A stretch of 64,000 bases of DNA, from the IMG/VR virus record IMGVR_UViG_3300030434_000006, positions 955 to 64,954 of that record; one strand, 5' to 3'. The notes beneath the pieces were generated by a model. It was given only the letters and a program-made list of their open reading frames with translations. It did not search any database and had not been told where the DNA came from. The stretch is from a virus. Its lineage: Duplodnaviria; Heunggongvirae; Uroviricota; Caudoviricetes. Made by a program: the position numbers and the translations under genes. Of the stretch, positions 1 through 9,133 are shown one piece after another (position 1 is the first letter of the stretch; each line of letters opens with the position of its first letter).

Positions 1-66
1 CCCCGCGCGTCATCAACCCTGAGCATCAACGACCCGGCGCTCAACGAACTCCTGCAGGACTAACAC

Positions 67-426
67 ATGCAAAACGAAATTGACTGCCTGATGCGCGTAG
101 ATCAGGGCGGGGTAGTGGTGAAAGCCGGGGAGTCAGACGCCTGGCTTGCCCGGCTTGAGGAATGGCTGAGGACGCCGCAGGGCAGCGTTTACGGCCTGCC
201 CGGATGGGGTAACACCATGCAGGACTACAAACATGAGCCAGTCGGCTCTGAGACCGGCCATTTAACCGAGGTCGCTATTGAGGCCGCACTGATTAAAAAG
301 CTGCGTATCGATCTGCCAGGGCTGGGGCTACGAGCTATCCGCTGCGCGCCGCAAAACGTCGATACGTGGCAGATCACCTTTATCACATCTTACGGCCCGC
401 TGGCCGTGTCCATGAACAAAAGTTAA
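67..426 (+). CDS. baseplate assembly protein, gpW/gp25-like
   Basis: 119 aa; motif LRTPQGSV..P.WG resembles P2 gpW LRTPVGSRVMRRDYGS; sits immediately upstream of a J-like baseplate gene as in P2 (V-W-J-I-H-G). Confidence 0.5.
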   Translation: MQNEIDCLMRVDQGGVVVKAGESDAWLARLEEWLRTPQGSVYGLPGWGNTMQDYKHEPVGSETGHLTEVAIEAALIKKLRIDLPGLGLRAIRCAPQNVDTWQITFITSYGPLAVSMNKS

Positions 427-438
427 CCGGGGTAAATT

Positions 439-1872
439 GTGAGTATTCAGGAATTACTGGAAAAGTTTAACGGCCAGCTGCAGGCCAACAGCTGGTGGAG
501 AAAATTCACCAACAGCCAATTCATTCAGATGATGGCCGTGTTTGGGGCGCAGATTATCTACGCCGCGCAGACTACCGCTGAGCGCGGCCTGACGGAGGGG
601 TTTATCTCCACAGCAACGAAGCGCTCAAGCATTCTGGCCGCAGCCGAAGATCGCAACTATCTCGGCCATTTAATCACACCGTCATGGGGCAGTGTGAAGA
701 TCACCAACAAAACGGATGAAGTCATTCAGCTGCCAATTTATGCGGAGTTTCTGTCCAATGCGCAGCTGCCCTATGTCACAACTGACGTGGTGATCATCCC
801 TGCTGGCGGCAGCGTCGTGGTGAACGACGTCCGCCAGATGGAACACGTCAACGTGTCATCCGCGATCGACGCTGAAGCGCCGTTTTACACGGTAATGCTG
901 CCGCGTGACATCACGGAGGAAACCGTCTCTTTGGATGTGTTTGTGACGGAAAACGAGAACAAATCGCTATGGGAAAATAACCCGCTGTTTCGTTTATCCC
1001 GTGGGTCCAGCCAACATTACGTGCTGGTTTACAAGCCATCTGAGCAGCTGGGCGTACGCTTTGGTGACGGTGCGATCGGCAAGATGCCGAAGACCGGTAG
1101 TAAGGTCGATCTGGATGTATGGTGCAGCCGTGGCGACACTACGCTGACGCAGGGCCAGAAGCTGACGCCCGCGGGCAACATTGCCGACATGAACAGCAAG
1201 ATCGAGGTTGTGACAATGACGCCAATAACGGGCGGCAGCGGCTTCGAAAGCACGGAGGAAACGCGCAACCGGGCGCAGTACTACGTGGCGTATGACGAGC
1301 AGGTTGTCTGGGGTGGTGACTATAAGTACTTCCTGAATCGTGCAGTGCCGGGTATGTCCTGGATCAGTGCCTGGGGTGAGCAGGAGCAGGAGATTTCAAC
1401 CGGCATTAAGTCGCTGAGCAACATCAACACGATCTTCTTTTGCGGGCATAAGCCGGGCTACACGCAGGCTGAGCTTGAGACCATGATCATGACGGCTATC
1501 AAGGCTATTCCGAATGAGATCAACAAGAAATTCCGCTACGTCCCGACACAGGAGGAACCATTTACGATCTCACTGACCGCGCTGGCGAAGAAGAACGTCA
1601 TACTGTCAGACGCTAAGAAAGCCGTTCAGGAGGCACTGGAGGCTCGTTTCGGACGCGATGCCACAACGTTTGGTGACAGCGATCAGAATGGCGTTGCAGC
1701 CGGTAAGCATTTCTCACAGGTGCAGGTTAAAGACCTGTGGCGCGTGATTGAAGAGCTGAACCTGTTTATCTCCTATGAGCTGACCCCGCACGATATGAAA
1801 ACGGCCCTGCAGCTGAATGATTTTATCTATCTCGATGTGGCTAACTCCACGTTTGATATTAACTACCTGTAA
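439..1872 (+). CDS. baseplate J-like protein
   Basis: 477 aa ORF with GTG start 13 nt after the W-like gene; assignment rests on position in the W-J-I-fibre order; no sequence motif recalled. Confidence 0.4.
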   Translation: MSIQELLEKFNGQLQANSWWRKFTNSQFIQMMAVFGAQIIYAAQTTAERGLTEGFISTATKRSSILAAAEDRNYLGHLITPSWGSVKITNKTDEVIQLPIYAEFLSNAQLPYVTTDVVIIPAGGSVVVNDVRQMEHVNVSSAIDAEAPFYTVMLPRDITEETVSLDVFVTENENKSLWENNPLFRLSRGSSQHYVLVYKPSEQLGVRFGDGAIGKMPKTGSKVDLDVWCSRGDTTLTQGQKLTPAGNIADMNSKIEVVTMTPITGGSGFESTEETRNRAQYYVAYDEQVVWGGDYKYFLNRAVPGMSWISAWGEQEQEISTGIKSLSNINTIFFCGHKPGYTQAELETMIMTAIKAIPNEINKKFRYVPTQEEPFTISLTALAKKNVILSDAKKAVQEALEARFGRDATTFGDSDQNGVAAGKHFSQVQVKDLWRVIEELNLFISYELTPHDMKTALQLNDFIYLDVANSTFDINYL

Positions 1873-1881
1873 GGTACGGCC

Positions 1882-2973
1882 ATGATCAGAAATTGGGTAA
1901 AAGACCGTCTTACGAAGGAAAAACAGGGCTCTGAGTTGTGGTCGGGGTTTGCTAACGCTCTGCAGGATATTTTTGAGGACACGGTAGAGCCGATTCTGGA
2001 GCGCATTACTAACCGCAAAAGCTACTACACAATGGATAAGGACGATCTGACGCTGCGCATGAGCGAATATGGCCGCTTCTTCATCGTGGCGGAGACCACG
2101 GACACCAGCAGGCCTGTGCTGCTGGCGCAGCGCCTGGACGAAGTGCATTTTAAAGGCACAGATAAGCCGATCACTTCAACGTTCTGGCGCGAGTTCGATA
2201 ACCTGCCGGTCAGCTGGCAGGAGCTGTATGCGCCTGTGGATCAGGAGCTGGCACCCTATGGCACTTTCTTTACCACAAAAGAAGGTCTGGCGATTGCAGA
2301 AGAGAAGTATGGCGAGTTCTTCCTGACGTCACGGGCGCAAATCTCTGTTGCGCTGAATGAACTTTATGAGCGGTATGGCTATATGGAGCAGGATTTAGCC
2401 GTACAGAAGCTGCTGACACAGTTTGACCGGATCATTGCGCCGCTACTACCGCTTCATATTGTGTTTGACGGCTTAGCGCTCTTTATCTCGTTTGAGCTGA
2501 GCGCCGACGCTGAGAACATCCGGCTAATCAGCGCCGGTATCGACTATCAGGCCAAATTGTCATACGCGGATCTTCAGTCTGAGATCAAAGATCTGCACAT
2601 GGCCACACAGCAGCAGTGTGATATTCCTGCAGTGCCGCTGCGGCAGGTAAGGCGCTGCGAACGTTACGACATGTTTGCCGCTGATGCCTGGACGAATGAC
2701 TACCGCGCCAAGCCGGACGCAGCGCCAGCACCCATTGATATTGCCAGCGCTGCCAGTGACAGCCGCGCCCGGTTATTCACTGACGGTGGCGTGCAGTACA
2801 TTGCCATTCAGAAGGGCGATAGCCAGGGCGTCACAGCAACCGGTACGGACGGGAGTAGCTTAACAATGGCTTTTCCCTTTGACGGGACGCCGGAGTTTAT
2901 CCTGGCGCTGCCCGACGACGGCAATGGCACCAGCACGATCGCTACGCTTTTTTATGAGCAATTTGTCGCGTAG
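1882..2973 (+). CDS. baseplate/tail protein (gpI-position)
   Basis: 363 aa, tightly packed after the J-like gene; positional inference only. Confidence 0.3.
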   Translation: MIRNWVKDRLTKEKQGSELWSGFANALQDIFEDTVEPILERITNRKSYYTMDKDDLTLRMSEYGRFFIVAETTDTSRPVLLAQRLDEVHFKGTDKPITSTFWREFDNLPVSWQELYAPVDQELAPYGTFFTTKEGLAIAEEKYGEFFLTSRAQISVALNELYERYGYMEQDLAVQKLLTQFDRIIAPLLPLHIVFDGLALFISFELSADAENIRLISAGIDYQAKLSYADLQSEIKDLHMATQQQCDIPAVPLRQVRRCERYDMFAADAWTNDYRAKPDAAPAPIDIASAASDSRARLFTDGGVQYIAIQKGDSQGVTATGTDGSSLTMAFPFDGTPEFILALPDDGNGTSTIATLFYEQFVA

Positions 2974-2985
2974 TTGACCATCGGA

Positions 2986-3003
2986 TTTTACAAACTCCAT
3001 ACC
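2986..3003 (+). promoter_or_regulatory. late-operon conserved element TTTTACAAACTCCATACC (copy 1 of 5)
   Basis: 18-mer matching consensus AATTACARACTCCRTACC; ends 32 nt before the ATG at 3035. Confidence 0.5.
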
Positions 3004-3008
3004 CTCTG

Positions 3009-3034
3009 GCCTCTTAACTCTGAGAGGCTTTTTT
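3009..3034 (+). terminator. hairpin gcctct-N8-agaggc plus T6; its 3-prime arm overlaps the SD of the next gene
   Basis: perfect 6-bp stem and TTTTTT directly before the ATG at 3035; may act as an attenuator rather than a full stop. Confidence 0.4.
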
Positions 3035-3478
3035 ATGGCTGATACTATCTCTGTCAGCAGCAAGCTGTTTAAAGCGAAGCTGCTGGATTACTACTACATC
3101 CGTCGCGCCGAATCTTCCATCGGCAAGGGTTCCCGTTTCCAGATGGTAAAAGCCTACTGGGGCAAGTCAACACTGGTCAGCAGCAACGCCGCTGGTGGCT
3201 GGAACATTGCTGATATTCCCTCCACGTTCAGCAACGACAACCTGACCGGTAAATTCACTGAAACACCTCTGATTCTCACCAGTACCGGCGCGGATATCTC
3301 GATCACTATTCAGCTGGATGATTCCATTCTTCCGGAAGGTAAAGCCTATGACCTTAATACGCTGACGCTGGTGGACGCCGACGGCAACGCGTTTGCCGTG
3401 CTATGCCTGCAGCAGGACACCGTATTTCGTGGTAAGGCCTACCGCCTTATCGTCACCATTGAACAGAAAACGGCGTAA
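3035..3478 (+). CDS. tail protein preceding the tail fibre (P1 R-position)
   Basis: 147 aa, SD GAGAGG, directly upstream of the tail-fibre gene; positional analogy to P1 R-S-U. Confidence 0.3.
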   Translation: MADTISVSSKLFKAKLLDYYYIRRAESSIGKGSRFQMVKAYWGKSTLVSSNAAGGWNIADIPSTFSNDNLTGKFTETPLILTSTGADISITIQLDDSILPEGKAYDLNTLTLVDADGNAFAVLCLQQDTVFRGKAYRLIVTIEQKTA

Positions 3479-3483
3479 TCCAG

Positions 3484-6400
3484 ATGAGTGATAACGAAAT
3501 TACCGACATCGGCGTTATGTCAGGTAAGGCGTATGGTACCGCGCCGCTGTCGGCGGATATGCAGTATCTGGAAACCTACACCAGTTCCGCGCTAAACCGA
3601 AAACTGAAAGGCATTGTGCGATCTGGTTTTTACCTGGGCTTCTCGCCGGTCGCCGGTTCCGGGCTGAATGTCGTCATTACCTCGAAAGAGGCGGAAGGCG
3701 GGCAGGGCGCGGCCTCGATCGATGTGAACGCACACCAGATTACTGTGCAGCACCTGGCCGATCTAACACTACCGGTCGTGGCGGGTAAAACCACCCGTAT
3801 TGTGCTGGAAGCTAACTACAAGCTGGGTGTTAAGACTGACCAGGTAGATATTACCTCCACAGTTGAGGCCGCACGCGTTTTTGCGCAGGATATCTCTGTT
3901 GCGCTGAAGCCGAACCAGCTGGAGCTCTGCCGCGTGCTTGTGCCAACCGGTACCTCGCAGGTTACGCAGGCGATGATCGTCACCAACTACCGTATTAACC
4001 GGCAGGTCGGGATCACGCTGGATTCCATCTACACAAGTGACGACGAGCTGATTGCGGCCAACCTTAAGGGGCTGAAAATCCTCAAAGGCATGATCGATAA
4101 CAACATGGTCATTGCCAATAATGGCTCGGATATTCATGACAAAGCGATGTTCCGTAAGAACATCGAGCTGGATAAGCTGGTCAACGAGAAGCAGCTGATC
4201 GCCGGCGAGAATCTGGCTGATCTGCCAGACGTGCCGGAGGCCCGTGGCCACCTCGGCCTCGGTACCGCTGCACTGGCAGACCAGCAGACAAACCCAATGG
4301 ATATGACGGCAGGTGCGCTGATGGCCGTGGGCGCGTTTGGCGTGGGTGCGCCGTCATTCGTACTGGACAGCAAAATCACCTTACTCACTGAAGTGTCTGT
4401 GACTGAGCAGAATGCCTTCTGGACACTAAGCGGCACCTTCAGTGACGGCCCGATTGATCTTGGCAAAACCACGCAGACGTTGCGCGGCCAGCTATTCAAC
4501 ATGCGCCGGAAATATGATGCTGACGCTGCACTCCTGCAACTGCTGGTGGCGCAGGGTGGCATGATGTATCTGCGTCTGGCAGGTAAAGTTTCAGGCGACT
4601 GGGTGTGGTCCGGGCTATCAGCAGGTGCGGATAAAAACGGCTGGCGGAAGGTGATGGACAGCGCCAGCATGACGCTGGCGGACCTGGTTAAGGCGGGCGT
4701 GGCTAAAGCAGGCGATAACAACGATATCACCAGTACTAGTCAGCTGACCAATATCAACACGCCTAAGCTGACGGTATCTAAAAATCTCGACGTCGGTTCT
4801 CAAATCAGCGCGGGATTCCGTATTGGTGTGATCCGTTCTGAACCTTCTGTACCGTCAATGACGTTTTTGCGGACCGATCAGCCGGATGACAAACCTCCGG
4901 CATACGAAACAGACATCATGCAGATCGTTGGCCGTGTGGCGGCGGTGAGCGGTGATGCCTGGAGCGGAAGGATTCTCGGTGGCATAACTACCACGAACAT
5001 GACGCACGGCGGCGGCAAAATTTCGATTGATGCGCGTACATCAACAGGTGTGATTGCGGCTCGTCTTGCTCTCAACAGTGGAGACGGCTTAGCCACATTA
5101 CAGGGCGCTGGCGGACTGGCTATCACCGGTGGCGGTGGTCTGTCGTCTGACGGCGCGGCCCTTATCACTGCTGATATGATTGCGTTGCAGCTGAAGCCTA
5201 AAACTAAAGACAAAGCCTATTACCTCCGCGGGCGAAAAGCGGACAACACGCTGCACTGGTATATGGGCCAGTCTACGGACAGTACCGATACAGTGACTTG
5301 GGGTAACTCTATCCCGAATACGTGGCTGACACTTGCAGGCGACGGTACGGGTGAAACCAACGTTTCGACGATGAACTTCCGTAATAACGCCATTGTCGGT
5401 GGCAACCTTACTGTAGCTGGCGGGGCAGACTTTACCGGCCCCGTAAACGTGCTGGCGAAAGGTGCGACAGCCGTAGGCGATCTGACAAATGCTGCGCTGG
5501 TGGTTACTGGCAGCAGTAATGATGGCACTCAGGGGATCACGGTTAACAGCTTTGCGCCCACAGTCACATTCATTGACCGCGACGCAGACGCGGCAGGCTT
5601 CCGCTTAAGAGGCGATGGCAGCAGCCTGCGTCTTGACGTTGATGGCAGGGATAACGGCGTAACGTGGAATCAGAATATCGCGCTATTCAGCGATAAAGGG
5701 CATCTTGCATTAGGCAGCGGCAGTGACAGCACCAGCCGTATGCTGACACTTGGAAGCACCACGCCCGGAAAAGGCAATATGTCCGGAGCGTCGCAGATTG
5801 TTGCGATGGCATACGCAAATATCGGAGCAGATGCGACTACACGCGGCATTGGTTTCGGTGTGGAAATGTCAGTAGGTGACGGTAATACTGGGCAAACCGT
5901 GGCTGAAGTTGTTGAGTTTTGGGGTAACAGCAGTGTTGTTAACAAAAATGCAGCTGTAGCGCTCATGTCATCGTTCCGCGGGCATGACAAAGCCAGCCCT
6001 GTTATTGCAACGGCCTATGCCTTTGAGGGGCTACAGACGGCACGCGAAGGTTTAAACCGCTGGAACCTGTTTATGCAGGGAACCGCGCCAAACTATATGC
6101 GCGGACAGACCATCATTGGCGGAACGGATATCGCATTACCTGTTAGCAGTGTGGGACTGGATGTACGCACAGACGCGCGTTTCAAAGGGCAAGTGTCTAT
6201 TGAAAAGAAAGTCACTATTGCGGATGAAATTGTTCAAAAAAATGGTGGGTTTGCTTTCCGTGCCAAGTCTTCTGATTATGCGGCCATTCTCAGAAATGAT
6301 AATGAGAGTTTTTACTTACTCGTTACAAACAAAGGTGATACTGATGGTAAATATAATGACCTCCGACCCATCGCATTCAACCTGGCTAACGGCACGGTCA

Positions 6401-7278
6401 GAATGGAGCAAGGATTAGTTGTCCTTAAGTCAATTGATGTAGACGGCAGAATTACTGCCAGTAATTTAAATGCTATCAACCGTATTTCTATTGGAAATGC
6501 CCCTTCCGGAAATTTCAATAGTGCGTCCGGTTCAATCAATATAGGCGACTCGGATACAGGCTTGCTCTGCCCTGGTGATGGCATTCTTGATGTTTATGCA
6601 AATAACACTCTAACCTCTCGATTTACTCCTAATAATCTTCTTGTTTACGGCCAGATAACTACAAAAGATGCCAATGCATTACGCATTCGCGTTGGTGACA
6701 GCCAAATGAGTATGATTCACCGATTTGATGGCTCGAATTATTACATGCTGGTTACGAATGCAAATGATCCTGATGGCGGCTGGAATAATTTGCGTCCATT
6801 TTCATTTAATGGGAGTACCGGAGTTGTCACTATGTCGCACAATGTCAATGTCGGAGGGGCGTTAAGCGTCTCAGGAAGTGGCTGGTTTGGTGGCAACGTT
6901 AGCGTGCAATGGGGCGGTCGAGGGGTAACTTATCAGGAAAACGGCGACATTGTACGCATGGGCAATGTTACTGATGGATACACGATGTTCAGTAATTTCG
7001 GGGGTAGCACGAGTCTTTCCGGTGCATTGTCCTGGATTCGTAACCAGGGTTATAACGAAATGACCAGCAATGCTATGGCCGATTTCGGACGTGGCGGCCA
7101 GCAGTATTCTGGCGGTTCTGGCAATGGTACGGGACGGGCTTATGAGGTTCCCGCTGGGTGTGTTTTAACAGGAATTAACACCAACGTCTCAGACGGTCGC
7201 GGAATGGGTGTTTATTTCAGGCAGTTGATTGGGCGTAAAATTAATGGTGGTCAGTTTGGGATTGGGGATTTTGCATAA
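3484..7278 (+). CDS. tail fibre protein (P2 H / T4 gp37-type C-terminal domain)
   Basis: 1264 aa; C-terminal GDSDTGLLCPGDGILDVYANNTL matches P2 H GDNDTGFKQNGDGILDVYANSQR; duplicated DxDG..NNLRP.(A/S)FN modules; Gly/Thr-rich repetitive shaft. Confidence 0.8.
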   Translation: MSDNEITDIGVMSGKAYGTAPLSADMQYLETYTSSALNRKLKGIVRSGFYLGFSPVAGSGLNVVITSKEAEGGQGAASIDVNAHQITVQHLADLTLPVVAGKTTRIVLEANYKLGVKTDQVDITSTVEAARVFAQDISVALKPNQLELCRVLVPTGTSQVTQAMIVTNYRINRQVGITLDSIYTSDDELIAANLKGLKILKGMIDNNMVIANNGSDIHDKAMFRKNIELDKLVNEKQLIAGENLADLPDVPEARGHLGLGTAALADQQTNPMDMTAGALMAVGAFGVGAPSFVLDSKITLLTEVSVTEQNAFWTLSGTFSDGPIDLGKTTQTLRGQLFNMRRKYDADAALLQLLVAQGGMMYLRLAGKVSGDWVWSGLSAGADKNGWRKVMDSASMTLADLVKAGVAKAGDNNDITSTSQLTNINTPKLTVSKNLDVGSQISAGFRIGVIRSEPSVPSMTFLRTDQPDDKPPAYETDIMQIVGRVAAVSGDAWSGRILGGITTTNMTHGGGKISIDARTSTGVIAARLALNSGDGLATLQGAGGLAITGGGGLSSDGAALITADMIALQLKPKTKDKAYYLRGRKADNTLHWYMGQSTDSTDTVTWGNSIPNTWLTLAGDGTGETNVSTMNFRNNAIVGGNLTVAGGADFTGPVNVLAKGATAVGDLTNAALVVTGSSNDGTQGITVNSFAPTVTFIDRDADAAGFRLRGDGSSLRLDVDGRDNGVTWNQNIALFSDKGHLALGSGSDSTSRMLTLGSTTPGKGNMSGASQIVAMAYANIGADATTRGIGFGVEMSVGDGNTGQTVAEVVEFWGNSSVVNKNAAVALMSSFRGHDKASPVIATAYAFEGLQTAREGLNRWNLFMQGTAPNYMRGQTIIGGTDIALPVSSVGLDVRTDARFKGQVSIEKKVTIADEIVQKNGGFAFRAKSSDYAAILRNDNESFYLLVTNKGDTDGKYNDLRPIAFNLANGTVRMEQGLVVLKSIDVDGRITASNLNAINRISIGNAPSGNFNSASGSINIGDSDTGLLCPGDGILDVYANNTLTSRFTPNNLLVYGQITTKDANALRIRVGDSQMSMIHRFDGSNYYMLVTNANDPDGGWNNLRPFSFNGSTGVVTMSHNVNVGGALSVSGSGWFGGNVSVQWGGRGVTYQENGDIVRMGNVTDGYTMFSNFGGSTSLSGALSWIRNQGYNEMTSNAMADFGRGGQQYSGGSGNGTGRAYEVPAGCVLTGINTNVSDGRGMGVYFRQLIGRKINGGQFGIGDFA

Positions 7279-7634
7279 TGGCTAAGGCAAAACGTTCTTT
7301 TAAAAACGTTAAATTCGCTGGAATGAAATTACATGATAAGGCATTCCCTGCTAATGAGGAATTTGGCTATCCCGGCATGCCAGTAACTTGCTTTGTTGAT
7401 GATAAAGGCCGCGACTGGTATGACGAACGGGAAGACAAAAAGTGGGGTGCTATAGTTGCCACCTGGCCGGACGGTCATATCGGTGCCTTTGAAAAAGACG
7501 CCATGAATTTCATTCCGGTTGAAGGCTACACGGTATGGGAAGTTGATCCGGCAGACATGCCAGAAACTGACAAGATGAAGTTATTTGGTTTTTATTCTTA
7601 TGACGGCAAAGTTTTCACAAAGATTGCCGACTAA
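7278..7634 (+). CDS. putative tail fibre assembly protein / chaperone
   Basis: 118 aa; start overlaps the tail-fibre stop (TAATG) and a terminator follows; positional (P2 G / P1 U slot), shorter than classical Tfa. Confidence 0.4.
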   Translation: MAKAKRSFKNVKFAGMKLHDKAFPANEEFGYPGMPVTCFVDDKGRDWYDEREDKKWGAIVATWPDGHIGAFEKDAMNFIPVEGYTVWEVDPADMPETDKMKLFGFYSYDGKVFTKIAD

Positions 7635-7664
7635 GCGCAAAATTTCAAGCTAAAAAATCTCACT

Positions 7665-7695
7665 CACAGCGCTTCCGGGCGCTGTTTTTTTCTTT
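7665..7695 (+). terminator. rho-independent terminator
   Basis: cagcgc-ttccgg-gcgctg stem-loop followed by T7. Confidence 0.75.
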
Positions 7696-7704
7696 ACCTC
7701 TCTA

Positions 7705-7722
7705 AATTACAGACTCCGTACC
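7705..7722 (+). promoter_or_regulatory. late-operon conserved element AATTACAGACTCCGTACC (copy 2)
   Basis: ends 38 nt before the GTG at 7760. Confidence 0.5.
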
Positions 7723-7759
7723 CTCTCGCCACCTGATTACCAGGTGCTAAGGGGGGTAT

Positions 7760-8077
7760 GTGACCGATGTAGAAAAAATGCTCGCGGTTTCGCTTCTCCT
7801 GTCTTTGCTGAGTGGCACAGGCGTTTTCCTGCTGGGAGTGCGCGAATACCGGATCCGACCAACTGTATTCAACTTTACTACTGAGCTTGTGCTGGCGCTG
7901 ATTACTGGCCTCACGGCCTATTTCTTTGCCCGCCAGCAGGGACTGGATGAAATCGTGATTTACCTCGCTGTGTTAGTTGCAAGCAACAACTGGCGAGAAC
8001 TCTCAACTGTATTTAAAGAACGACTCATTGCGGCAATAAACGGCGTATTTGGGTCAAAAGGAGGCTCCGGCCCATGA
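7760..8077 (+). CDS. holin-like membrane protein (P1 LydA-position)
   Basis: 105 aa, GTG start after the SD AAGGGGGG; three predicted TM segments and a charged C-terminus; first gene of an operon whose sizes parallel P1 lydA-lydB-hdf-darA-ddrA-ddrB. Confidence 0.45.
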   Translation: MTDVEKMLAVSLLLSLLSGTGVFLLGVREYRIRPTVFNFTTELVLALITGLTAYFFARQQGLDEIVIYLAVLVASNNWRELSTVFKERLIAAINGVFGSKGGSGP

Positions 8078-8529
8078 TTGATTACCAGAACCTGTTTATC
8101 ACAGCGATGGCGGCGGCGATGGTTGTCGATCGCTGCGCCTTTGCCCGTAAAAAAGTGTCCCTGCTGGGATGTGGTGTGGCTACCGTGCGCGGCAACGCGC
8201 TGGCATTCCCGGTCCGCCTGAGCATTGCCTGTGCGGGCAAACTCGCGGGAGCCAAAATTGAGTACTGGCTGCGCGACAGCAACGATCCGACAGTGGTTAT
8301 CTCCGGAAAACAGCGCACGCTGGACCTCTCACCAAAGGGTGTGAGCGAAGAGTTTCTGCTGATCGATACGCGTTATCTTGAACCGGGCGAGTGGTCACTG
8401 ACAGTGCGCGTTACCCACGGTAACAGCCGCCTGAATCCGCTTTACCGCATTTTTCCACTGCAGGATACCGTCACCAGAACCTACCAGCTGAGCAAATCAG
8501 AGGAGGGGGATTACCGTGTCGAATCCTAA
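8074..8529 (+). CDS. hypothetical protein (LydB-position)
   Basis: 151 aa; ATGA overlap with the holin-like gene. Confidence 0.3.
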   Translation: MIDYQNLFITAMAAAMVVDRCAFARKKVSLLGCGVATVRGNALAFPVRLSIACAGKLAGAKIEYWLRDSNDPTVVISGKQRTLDLSPKGVSEEFLLIDTRYLEPGEWSLTVRVTHGNSRLNPLYRIFPLQDTVTRTYQLSKSEEGDYRVES

Positions 8530-9133
8530 AACCTACGTTCTGCTGAGCTTTGACGAGCTCAACGAGAAGGGGCTGGCAAAGCTGAAAAAGGCAATCGCCA
8601 CCAGCGGCTTTGAAGTAGCCAAAATTACCAACGCCGGCGCAGCCCGGAAAAAGGATGGCGTACTCACTAAAACCTTTAGCCTCACCGGCATGGACGAGCA
8701 GGTCATGACCGTGCAGGTCAACGACAGCGGCGACATTTCCGGCCTGAAACTGAACGGTAAAAACGTGCCGTTTACCCACGTCACCACGCTGCCCGACCTG
8801 GGACGCCAGCTGGCCGCGTTATTTAAAAAAGGCTCGACGGCATTCCAGAAGGCGCTGGCGCGCAAGATGGCACGCGCCGCCGCCAGCAAGGACGACTCAC
8901 CGCAGCCAAAACGCGGAGTGAAATCGTCCGTACAGCTGCTGGCTGAAGTGCGCCAGCAGCGTGACGCGTACAAAGCAGGTATTGAGGAAACTCAGAAGAA
9001 GGCCGACCAGCTGACGCGGGATGCCGACGCGGCACAGAAAAACGCGGACAGCTTACAGACAGAGCTTAATCAGGAGCAGGCGATCACCCGCCAGCTGAAA
9101 GAGCAGATCGCCCAACTGGAAGAGGCAGCATGA
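8516..9133 (+). CDS. coiled-coil protein (Hdf-position in a dar-like operon)
   Basis: 205 aa; Q/A/E-rich predicted coiled-coil C-terminus. Confidence 0.3.
   Translation: MSNPKTYVLLSFDELNEKGLAKLKKAIATSGFEVAKITNAGAARKKDGVLTKTFSLTGMDEQVMTVQVNDSGDISGLKLNGKNVPFTHVTTLPDLGRQLAALFKKGSTAFQKALARKMARAAASKDDSPQPKRGVKSSVQLLAEVRQQRDAYKAGIEETQKKADQLTRDADAAQKNADSLQTELNQEQAITRQLKEQIAQLEEAA

Noticed and set aside
2860-3063. 67-aa minus-strand ORF spanning the terminator/late element at 3000
   Set aside because: Overlaps two plus-strand genes and a hairpin; basic low-complexity translation
7635-7760. Cin-type invertible tail-fibre C-segment (as in P1/Mu)
   Set aside because: No inverted duplicate of the fibre C-terminus or of the chaperone downstream; a terminator and late element follow instead; no serine invertase gene in the window
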